Positions 48,825 to 56,374 of a DNA stretch of 64,000 nucleotides are shown here, one piece after another; within the stretch, counting starts at the first letter, position 1; each line of letters begins with the position of its first letter. The position numbers and the translations under genes are program-made. The stretch is taken from NCBI GenBank assembly GCA_014804785.1, contig JAAUZD010000016.1, forward strand, positions 49,256 through 113,255. The letters are read 5' to 3'. Origin of the DNA: Lachnospiraceae bacterium (lineage in GTDB: Bacteria > Bacillota > Clostridia > Lachnospirales > Lachnospiraceae). The notes beneath the pieces were generated by a model. That model was not told where the DNA came from. It did not search any database and saw only the letters and a list, made by a program, of their open reading frames with translations.

Positions 48825-49778
48825 CTATTTAACGGTGTCCACTGCTGCCCCCTTCAGGTCTTCTTCCATCAGCTTCATCTCGTCCATGATTTTTCTGATT
48901 TCTTTCAGAGCCTCTCCCATGGTGCCTTCCGCCTCCAAAATAGAACTGGTAGAATCTGCGATTTCCTCTGTAAAGGCTTCTTTTTCTTCCTTTTTTTCTT
49001 TCTGCTTCTCGATCCGCTCCTGCTCTTCCTTTTCCTTCTCGGCTTTCTCTTCGGCTGTTTCCTTCTTTTCTTCCATTTCCTCGTCGATGTGGTCCTTCGC
49101 CTCATCTATCAGCATGCCGATGATTTCATCCTTGAGCGCATCCTTTATTTCATCCGCCGCCTCCTTCGCCTTGATCATGGTCTGGGATTTCAGATTTGCC
49201 TCTTTCATATTGGAAATGGCAGCATTTTCTTCCTGTATCCCCTTCTTTGCATCAGCTATCTTCTCTTCATTAAGGCTGCTTCTCTTTTTCAGTTCAAGGC
49301 ATCTCTCCTGATATTCCGTAAGACCTTTGCCCTCAATCTGTGCAATCTGTTCCTGCTCTTCTAATGTCAGGCGGACTCCCGAGCCCGGTCTTTCGGCATC
49401 TACCTTCTTTTCCAGAAGTCTTAAATCCTGCTCTTCCTCCGAGTCCTCTTCTACCTTGTAGATTTCTTTCAACGCCTGTTTCTCCGCCTTGATCTGCTTC
49501 AGCTCTTCATTTGCCTCTCCAATAGTCTCCTTGTGGATTTTCAGCTTATTTCTGCTTTCAGTCAGACTATCCTCCAGCTTTCGGTCGCTTCCCCACGCGT
49601 CGCCTACAATCTTCATAATCTGCTTTTTGGCCTGCTGCTGCCTCTGGGCTATGAGGTCCGGCTTCTCATTCCTGTTTCCTGCAAAGATACTTGCCTGACC
49701 GTTCTTATCACGTGCTATGCCGTATCCTGCGCTTCCAGTATTGTCTCCCATAAAAATCGTTGTGTTCTGCACTTTCAT
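48825..49778 (-). CDS. E/K-rich coiled-coil protein, paralog B
   Basis: 317 aa from the Met at 49778 (MKVQNTTIFMGDN...). Collinear with paralog A, including the C-terminus RKIMDEMKLMEEDLKGAAVDT. Confidence 0.7.
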   Translation of the reverse strand: MKVQNTTIFMGDNTGSAGYGIARDKNGQASIFAGNRNEKPDLIAQRQQQAKKQIMKIVGDAWGSDRKLEDSLTESRNKLKIHKETIGEANEELKQIKAEKQALKEIYKVEEDSEEEQDLRLLEKKVDAERPGSGVRLTLEEQEQIAQIEGKGLTEYQERCLELKKRSSLNEEKIADAKKGIQEENAAISNMKEANLKSQTMIKAKEAADEIKDALKDEIIGMLIDEAKDHIDEEMEEKKETAEEKAEKEKEEQERIEKQKEKKEEKEAFTEEIADSTSSILEAEGTMGEALKEIRKIMDEMKLMEEDLKGAAVDTVK

Positions 49779-49876
49779 AGATCCTTCTACCTCCATTAAT
49801 CAGGGTAATCCATTACCCCCGGTTTTGCTGTATGTGCTTTCCTGTGCATGATAAATAATCTTATGCCTTATCTTTT

Positions 49877-49903
49877 ATATCGTCTTTTTTCTGTAAAATC
49901 TTA
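49877..49903 (-). promoter_or_regulatory. Possible SigD/FliA (sigma-28)-like promoter upstream of the coiled-coil pair
   Basis: Minus strand TAAG (49900-49903), N15, GACGATAT (49877-49884), compared with the B. subtilis SigD consensus TAAA-N15-GCCGATAT. Confidence 0.3.
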
Positions 49904-49962
49904 ATTTAAAAATGCTGCATGTAGTAAAACGCCAAAAAAATGAAATAAAGCCATAACAAAAG

Positions 49963-49991
49963 ATTGACTTTCAGACAGGGCTGTGTTATTC
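49963..49991 (+). promoter_or_regulatory. SigA-type promoter of the ABC-2 transporter operon
   Basis: TTGACT (49963-49968), 17-nt spacer, TATTCT (49986-49991), with an extended -10 TG at 49983-49984. Confidence 0.5.
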
Positions 49992-50137
49992 TTAAATTCC
50001 TTTCGCGCTGCCGACAGCCGGCATGAAGCGAATATACAATTTCATACTTACCTGCGGTGATTCTCTGGCAAATCCCCAGAGATAGCAGACCGACTTGGCA
50101 AGTTATACGATTATAAAACTACCAGGAGGAAGCAGAC

Positions 50138-50926
50138 ATGATTACAATGCAGCATGTACGCAAGACCTATAAGGTCTCAAAACGTGATGCCGGGTTTACT
50201 TCGGCATTCAAAGCTCTATTCCATAAGGAATATGAGTACATTCACGCTCTCGACGACGTTTCTTTCACCATAAATGATGGTGAAATGGTGGGCTACATAG
50301 GACCCAACGGCGCCGGAAAGAGTTCTACTATCAAAATTTTAAGCGGTATTCTTACCCCCGATACAGGCACTTGTCTCGTAAACGGATTGATTCCCTGGAA
50401 AAATCGAATTGAATATGTAAAAAACATCGGAGTCGTCTTCGGTCAGCGCACGCAGTTGTGGTGGGATGTTCCTATATTGGATTCTTTTGAACTTCTTAAG
50501 GAAATCTATCGGATCGACCATTTGGCTTACCGCCGGAATCTGGAACAGCTGAGCGATATGCTGCATCTTTCAGATTTGCTAAAGACGCCTGCCCGGCAAC
50601 TTTCTTTGGGGCAGCGGATGCGCTGTGAAATTGCAGCCTCTCTTCTGCATGGTCCTCAGTTGCTTTTTTTAGATGAACCCACCATCGGTTTAGATGCCGT
50701 GTCAAAACTGGCAGTCCGGGACTTCATTTTACAACTGAATAGCGAAAAGAAAACTACCGTTATCTTAACCACCCATGATATGCAGGATATCGAGGCACTA
50801 ACAAACAGAATCATCCTGATTGGAAAAGGCGCCATCCTGTTAGACGGAAGTCTGGAAGAAATTAAATCTGGATTCAACTCTGCCGAAGAGGCTCTGGCTG
50901 GCTTTTACCGCAGCCATAATCTTTAA
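50138..50926 (+). CDS. ABC transporter ATP-binding protein
   Basis: Walker A GPNGAGKSS, signature LSLGQRMR, Walker B LLFLDEPTIGLD. AGGAGG RBS. Confidence 0.92.
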   Translation: MITMQHVRKTYKVSKRDAGFTSAFKALFHKEYEYIHALDDVSFTINDGEMVGYIGPNGAGKSSTIKILSGILTPDTGTCLVNGLIPWKNRIEYVKNIGVVFGQRTQLWWDVPILDSFELLKEIYRIDHLAYRRNLEQLSDMLHLSDLLKTPARQLSLGQRMRCEIAASLLHGPQLLFLDEPTIGLDAVSKLAVRDFILQLNSEKKTTVILTTHDMQDIEALTNRIILIGKGAILLDGSLEEIKSGFNSAEEALAGFYRSHNL

Positions 50927-50937
50927 GGAGGTGCGCT

Positions 50938-51741
50938 GTGAGAAAATATATTGCCTTTTTCCGCCTTCGTTTCAGCATGGGCTTACAATACCGGACCGCT
51001 GCATTGGCCGGAATTTTGACACAGTTCGTATGGGCAGGTATGGAAATTCTTATGTTCCGAGCCTTTTACCGGACAGATGCCTCTTCTTTCCCCATGACCT
51101 TTCAGGCAACCTGCGCTTATGTGTGGATGCAGCAGGCATTTCTTACCCTTTTTATGGCATGGATGATGGAAAACGAAATATTTGATTCCATTGTCAATGG
51201 AAATATTTCCTATGAACTGTGCCGCCCTATCAATATTTACAATATGTGGTTTTCAAGAAGTCTGGCAAACAGATTGTCGAAAGCAGTACTGCGCTGTATG
51301 CCCATTTTACTGGTTGCAGCTTTACTTCCCGCTCCCTATGGACTGATGCTTCCGGCAAACCCACAGGCATTCCTTCTCTTTCTCCTTACACTGTTTATCG
51401 GGGTAGGTGTGACGGTCGCTTTTTGTATGCTTGTGTATATGCTTTCATTCTTTACCATATCCCCCGCCGGAATCCGCATGGTCGCTGTCTCCGTGGTGGA
51501 ATTTCTCTCGGGAGCCACCATTCCCCTGCCCTTTTTCCCTGAGAAGATACGGGCATTTTTAGAACTTCTGCCTTTCGCCTCCATGCAGAATGTGCCTTTG
51601 CGCATCTACAGCGGGGATCTTTCCGGCAATGCTATGGGACGCGCTCTCTTTCTTCAGTTCTTCTGGCTTTTTGCACTGATTGGAATCGGACGCCTTCTGG
51701 ATTTTATTGCGATGAAAAAAATTACGATACAGGGAGGTTGA
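50938..51741 (+). CDS. ABC-2 family transporter permease
   Basis: 267 aa, about 6 TM, directly after the ATPase. Non-ATG (GTG) start per the ORF track. Confidence 0.8.
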   Translation: MRKYIAFFRLRFSMGLQYRTAALAGILTQFVWAGMEILMFRAFYRTDASSFPMTFQATCAYVWMQQAFLTLFMAWMMENEIFDSIVNGNISYELCRPINIYNMWFSRSLANRLSKAVLRCMPILLVAALLPAPYGLMLPANPQAFLLFLLTLFIGVGVTVAFCMLVYMLSFFTISPAGIRMVAVSVVEFLSGATIPLPFFPEKIRAFLELLPFASMQNVPLRIYSGDLSGNAMGRALFLQFFWLFALIGIGRLLDFIAMKKITIQGG

Positions 51742-51745
51742 GCAG

Positions 51746-52519
51746 ATGAGATTATATGGAAAATTTTTTGTCATGCATTTGAAAAGCCTGATGGAGTATA
51801 AGACTTCTTTCTTTTTGACATGTGTTGGACAGTTTCTTGTCTCTTTTAATGTTTTTTTAGGCATGTACTTTATGTTCCAACGTTTTTCTAATGTGGAGGG
51901 TTTTGCCTACAATGAAGTTCTTCTGTGCTTTGGTATCACGCTGATGGAATTTTCGCTGGCTGAATCCGTTGCCAGAGGATTTGACACCTTTGACAGTATG
52001 ATCAAACAGGGCGAATTTGACCGTGTCCTTGTACGTCCCCGGCATGAGATTCTTTTAGTTCTCGGCAGCCGCATCGAATTTTCCCGTATCGGACGCATCC
52101 TACAGGCTCTGGTCATGTTCGTTTACGGATTTACTGTGAGCGGTGTCCGCTGGACTCCTGCCAAGGTCATGACGGTGCTGCTTATGCTGATTGGCGGAAC
52201 GGTTGTCTTTAGCGGACTTTTTCTGATTTATGCCTCCATCTGCTTCTTTACAATAGAAGGACTGGAATTTATGAATATCTTCACAGACGGCGCGCGGGAA
52301 TACGGAAAGTATCCAATCTCCATTTATGGCAAAAGAATCTTGCAACTGTGCACATTCGTAATCCCCTATGGGCTGATCCAGTACTATCCTTTTCTCTTTT
52401 TGCTGGACCGGGGAAAACCTTTCTATAGCCTGCTGCCGCTGGCGGCATGCCTGTTTATCCTGCCATGCTTTTTCCTGTGGAAACTGGGTGTAAGACATTA
52501 TGCCTCCTCCGGGTCTTAA
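51746..52519 (+). CDS. ABC-2 family transporter permease (second subunit)
   Basis: 257 aa, about 6 TM, 4 nt after the previous permease. Confidence 0.8.
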   Translation: MRLYGKFFVMHLKSLMEYKTSFFLTCVGQFLVSFNVFLGMYFMFQRFSNVEGFAYNEVLLCFGITLMEFSLAESVARGFDTFDSMIKQGEFDRVLVRPRHEILLVLGSRIEFSRIGRILQALVMFVYGFTVSGVRWTPAKVMTVLLMLIGGTVVFSGLFLIYASICFFTIEGLEFMNIFTDGAREYGKYPISIYGKRILQLCTFVIPYGLIQYYPFLFLLDRGKPFYSLLPLAACLFILPCFFLWKLGVRHYASSGS

Positions 52520-52559
52520 TCTGACCCTGGGGAGGCATCCAGACCGCTGATATGTTCCT

Positions 52560-53965
52560 TTAGGATTGTGATCTGCTATGGGTAATGCTGCGTGTCCAGC
52601 CGGTATATTTTCTTTTTTGTATTGCCTTACCAATAGGCGAAGACAGTATTCCGGCTGCTATTCCGATAATCCACACATATTTCCAGCTGACAAGAAAACC
52701 AATAAGATTAATTGCTGCGATTACAATCAGCCAATATAAAAACTGGAACTTTGCATTTGTCTTGTTCAGTTCACCTATTATATCAATACCGTCTGATGAA
52801 TGCGGGGCATTTTCTATGAATTTCGCTGCGCCGACAATACCGGGACAGGCACGAAAATCTGCACTGCATTCGGCGGCAGCATTTCCATATGCCGTATTGC
52901 CCAATATTTCTTGTATGGCTGCCCGGATACCTTCGGAAGAATCATCCTCCAGCATAATTCCCGCGCCGATTTCGGTAACTCTTCTCGCTACGGCATACTG
53001 CTCACTCGTTTGCGGATAAAGAACCATCGGTGCAGCCATATACAAACTTTCGGAAACACTGTTCATTCCACAGTGAGTAATAAAGGCATCTGCTTTGGCA
53101 AGAATAGCAAGCTGGTCAACATAGGGGTACACCTGAATATGATTCGGCAATGCTCCCAGTTCTTCGCGGTTTACAGCATTTCCGCAGGATATAATGACAT
53201 CCGCATTCAAGTTTTTCAGAGCATCAATGCACTTACTGTAGAAATCAATCCGATTATTAATGACGGTTCCCATGGAAATGTAAATGAGCGGCCGATCCTT
53301 CTTTTTTTCGGGCAGGACGTTAGAAAATACCGCTGGTCCGACAAAAGCATAATGGTCGGAGAAGCTCTCCGCATACGGCTGAAACCTCCGCGAAGTATAT
53401 ACAATGGAATCCGTGTCATTGTCGCTCTGAATCAAAGAAAGGACGTTTTTTACGCGGTATCCGTAGGGTTCCAGTTTTTTCAGTTCCTTAGAAACTCTCG
53501 GAAGTCCAAAAATCATGTTCGCCATTTCTTTCGGACTGTTCTTCATGTATCCAGAAGACATTTGATTGAATGCGAAGGTGCTTGTAGACACCACCATCGG
53601 TACATGGTGTTTCCATGCGTTCAACTTCCCCAAAAGCAGACAGAGTCAGTATATACCACATCCGGTTGAAAGGATTTAAACTCCTTATCCAAAAAATCAT
53701 TCATACTGAGCGTAATGCGAATATCCTGTACCGTCATTTCTGTAGTAGAGACATTATTTAAACCAGCTTCTTCTTGCTCCGTCAGTTTTGGCAGGAAAGA
53801 ATCACAGGATATAAACTCTGCTCCGGTGGCTTTGATTTTCTTCTCAAATTCGCCAAACGAATAGAATCGAACCACATTCCCCCGTCTGACAAGTTCAGCA
53901 GCAATCGGGAGCATGGGATTTGTGTGACCGTGTGCAGGAATACAAAAGAATGCAATTTTCTTCAC
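52560..53965 (-). pseudogene. MGT-family (YjiC/OleD-like) UDP-glycosyltransferase interrupted by a frameshift at a T4G4 run, with an extra C-terminal 2-TM tail
   Basis: The N-terminal ORF 53621..53965 (MKKIAFFCIPAHGHTNPMLPIA...DSVCFWGS*) continues in the other frame as ...GKLNAWKHHVPMVVSTSTFAF... (52560..53633). One extra G in the run (plus-strand CCCC 53628-53631) would fuse them. Confidence 0.75.
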
Positions 53966-54180
53966 ACACTCTCACCATCCTTTTCCTGAAACGCCACGCC
54001 GAACAATTCGGCAAAGGCGCCTTTGGGAGGAATCGCAATCCCGCGCTCCTCATCGCCAAGAAGGAGCAGCGTATCTCCTGGCTTAATTTCAAATATATCG
54101 CGCGCTTGTTTCGGAATAACAATCTGTCCTTTTTCTCCAACAGTAGCTGTCCATGCATATTTACCCTTTGGTGCAGTCAT
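53962..54180 (-). CDS. AbrB/MazE/SpoVT-family DNA-binding protein
   Basis: 72 aa. WTATVGEKGQIVIPKQARDIFEIKPGDTLLLLGDE is a SpoVT-AbrB domain. Its stop overlaps the GTG start of the glycosyltransferase (GTGA). Confidence 0.85.
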   Translation of the reverse strand: MTAPKGKYAWTATVGEKGQIVIPKQARDIFEIKPGDTLLLLGDEERGIAIPPKGAFAELFGVAFQEKDGESV

Positions 54181-54215
54181 TTTCTTTCTCCTTCTAAGTA
54201 TGATTTGTATAACAA

Positions 54216-54244
54216 ATTATACTTTTCTAAGTATTAAATGTCAA
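54216..54244 (-). promoter_or_regulatory. Perfect-consensus SigA promoter of the abrB-like/glycosyltransferase operon
   Basis: Minus strand TTGACA (54239-54244), 17-nt spacer, TATAAT (54216-54221). Confidence 0.75.
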
Positions 54245-54271
54245 TGGAAATTGTTCAAAATTTTTTGTACA

Positions 54272-54327
54272 TAAAAACCTTCATGAAATATCAATAGTAA
54301 AATAAAACTACTAACTCTCATGAAGGT
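54272..54327 (-). terminator. Possible terminator after gene 54494..55045
   Basis: 10-bp stem ACCTTCATGA (54277-54286) / TCATGAAGGT (54318-54327), followed on the minus strand by TTTTTAT. The 31-nt loop is large, which lowers confidence. Confidence 0.4.
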
Positions 54328-54493
54328 ACACGTGAAGAATGATTCTGCTTGTCAGGTATGAATAAGCATCCTTGGCAGACCAGCGCGCAGCGATTTAGTT
54401 CAACTGGGATTTTTAAGAGTACGCCATAAAATTGAAATTTTTATAATAAAAGATGGGTCTGAAAACGAATCGCGTATTGTAATACAAGCATAA

Positions 54494-55045
54494 TTAATTC
54501 AATGCGCGGTTAGTGAATTTTCTAATCACATCATCACTCCAAATATGAGCCTCGATATATCTTTCGGGTCCATATTTTCCATCATTATTCCAGTCCTGTG
54601 GATATCCATACTTCGCTATTATTCCTAATATTTCATCATATGTATAAAGTTTTTTTCGATATTCTTTTCCATCATTTACTTTTGGACTGAAGGTTGGATG
54701 AGAATCTCCATACGTGAAGGAAATGGTGCTTTTATCAAATTCTTCTATACTAATTTTTATAAAAGCACTGTTTTCAAACCAGGAAGCCAACCATGGACTG
54801 TGTTCAACTACCATGTAATGCGGTGCTTCTCTTTGAATGTTGCCACCCTTTTTTACAAACTCACATCTTAAGATATCTTCATAATGATGCCTTAATTCCA
54901 TATATTCGTCTGCTCTTTTGGCACACTGAGTATTTGGCTTTTTTAAAGCGATATCCATTAAAATCTTTTTTGCTTCGTCGATAGGAATATCTGATAAATT
55001 CTGAAACGGTTTCATGGAAGCATCGTAATAATGATATAAAAACAT
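54494..55045 (-). CDS. Hypothetical protein (183 aa)
   Basis: MFLYHYYDASMKPFQNLSDIPIDEAKKIL... The ATG at 55045 is 9 nt after GGAGG, and the gene starts 47 nt downstream of the RsmH-like gene. No motif recognised. Confidence 0.6.
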   Translation of the reverse strand: MFLYHYYDASMKPFQNLSDIPIDEAKKILMDIALKKPNTQCAKRADEYMELRHHYEDILRCEFVKKGGNIQREAPHYMVVEHSPWLASWFENSAFIKISIEEFDKSTISFTYGDSHPTFSPKVNDGKEYRKKLYTYDEILGIIAKYGYPQDWNNDGKYGPERYIEAHIWSDDVIRKFTNRALN

Positions 55046-55092
55046 TTTCATTTTCCTCCAAAACAAATGAAAAATTATTATATAAACGTTTT

Positions 55093-56151
55093 TTATGCTT
55101 TAACTGCCCAGCGCATCTTTGTGGATCGGGCTCTGCTGTTTCTCGCACATTCCTGCGCCGAAGGGCGGATCACTTCTTCTGCAATCTCACTATAAACACC
55201 GGCTTTTTTCCATTCCTTAAAGGATTTCTTCACCAGCCTGTCTTCCCCTGAGTGGAAGGTTAGGATTGCGATTCTTCCCCCAGGTGCCATCGCTGCGGGA
55301 AGTTTTTGCAGAAATGCGTCCAACACTTCATACTCGCTGTTTACATCGATTCTAAGTGCCTGAAATACCCGGGCACAGGATTTTTTCACAGTCTCCTTGC
55401 GTTCAGCATCAGGCAGAAAGGCAAGTGCCTCGGCAATAACCTCAGCCAGTCTTGTAGTGGTTTCAATTTTCTTTCCTCTGCGAAGCTGCGATACAATTGC
55501 TTTTGCGATTTCCTCTGCATAGGGCTCGTCTGCATTGTCCATGAACATCCCTACAAGTTCATCTCTGGCGACTTCTCTCAGCCGCTCCGATGCCGGGATT
55601 CCCCGCTGCGGGTCAAGGCGAAGGTCAAGGGGACCCTCATTTTTGTAAGAAAATCCTCTCTCCGGATTATCAATCTGCATGGAGGAGACTCCCAAATCCG
55701 CCAAAAGGAAGTGAAAAGGTCCGTGCTTTTCTGCCACCTGGTCAATATCCGCAAAATTCTGGTGAATCACTGTCAGAAGATCTTCCCCATACCCCAGCGC
55801 CTGTAACCGCTTCTTTGTCTTCTCGATTTCTATCGGGTCCACATCCAGTCCATAAAGATGCCCCTTCCCTTCAAGACATTTCAACATTTCAAGACTGTGC
55901 CCGCCATATCCGAGGGTCGCATCCAATCCAATCATGCCCGGTCTGATCTGCAAAAAATCCAAGATTTCTTTTACACAGATGGAGATATGCATCCCTGCAG
56001 GGGTACTTCCCTTCTGAATCACTTTTTCAATCGTATCCTGATATTTTTCGGGATTCAGCTCTTTATATTTCTCACTGTATTTTCTGGGATGGGTTCCTTT
56101 GTACCGTACCCTTCTTTTGTGGGGCTCTTCCCCCTGCATCTGCTTTTCCAT
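55093..56151 (-). CDS. RsmH (MraW)-family SAM-dependent methyltransferase paralog with a basic N-terminal extension
   Basis: GLDATLGYGGHS, LYGLDVDP, LADLGVSSMQIDNPERGFSY and GPLDLRLDP match RsmH motifs. It is not in an mraZ/ftsL context. Confidence 0.8.
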   Translation of the reverse strand: MEKQMQGEEPHKRRVRYKGTHPRKYSEKYKELNPEKYQDTIEKVIQKGSTPAGMHISICVKEILDFLQIRPGMIGLDATLGYGGHSLEMLKCLEGKGHLYGLDVDPIEIEKTKKRLQALGYGEDLLTVIHQNFADIDQVAEKHGPFHFLLADLGVSSMQIDNPERGFSYKNEGPLDLRLDPQRGIPASERLREVARDELVGMFMDNADEPYAEEIAKAIVSQLRRGKKIETTTRLAEVIAEALAFLPDAERKETVKKSCARVFQALRIDVNSEYEVLDAFLQKLPAAMAPGGRIAILTFHSGEDRLVKKSFKEWKKAGVYSEIAEEVIRPSAQECARNSRARSTKMRWAVKA

Positions 56152-56374
56152 CTTATTCTTACGCCTTTCCTGCTTTCTTGACAGTTCGTGCCGGCACTGC
56201 TATCCTTGCACCCACTTCGGCATCAGCCCCAAAATTGAAGCTTGGGGCAATGTCATAGGCAAACTCCTTGACCTATTTGGACAAATCCTATATCTGTTTT
56301 CAACTATTTGTGTTATCATTGTATCATATTTGCGTTCTTAATGTTGAAAATGTTGAAAAGAAAGAAGATTATCT

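Noticed and set aside
47893-49364. Long plus-strand ORFs (123, 229 and 207 aa) rich in Ser/Phe/Leu, overlapping the coiled-coil genes.
   Set aside because: They are the antisense reading of GAA/AAG-rich (Glu/Lys) coding sequence. The composition is low-complexity with no RBS, so they are artefacts.
50066-50103. Possible c-di-GMP-I riboswitch in the ABC-2 leader (GGCAAATCC...AGCAGACCG).
   Set aside because: Only a short segment resembles the consensus. The tetraloop/receptor and the ACGCAAAGC-type element are missing. It is kept only as an unclassified leader.
52100-52633. 177-aa minus-strand ORF.
   Set aside because: It is antisense to the second ABC-2 permease and overlaps the end of the glycosyltransferase gene. 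No motif, so a shadow ORF.
52800-53669. 289-aa plus-strand ORF.
   Set aside because: It is antisense to the glycosyltransferase, whose translation has clear MGT-family features. Shadow ORF.
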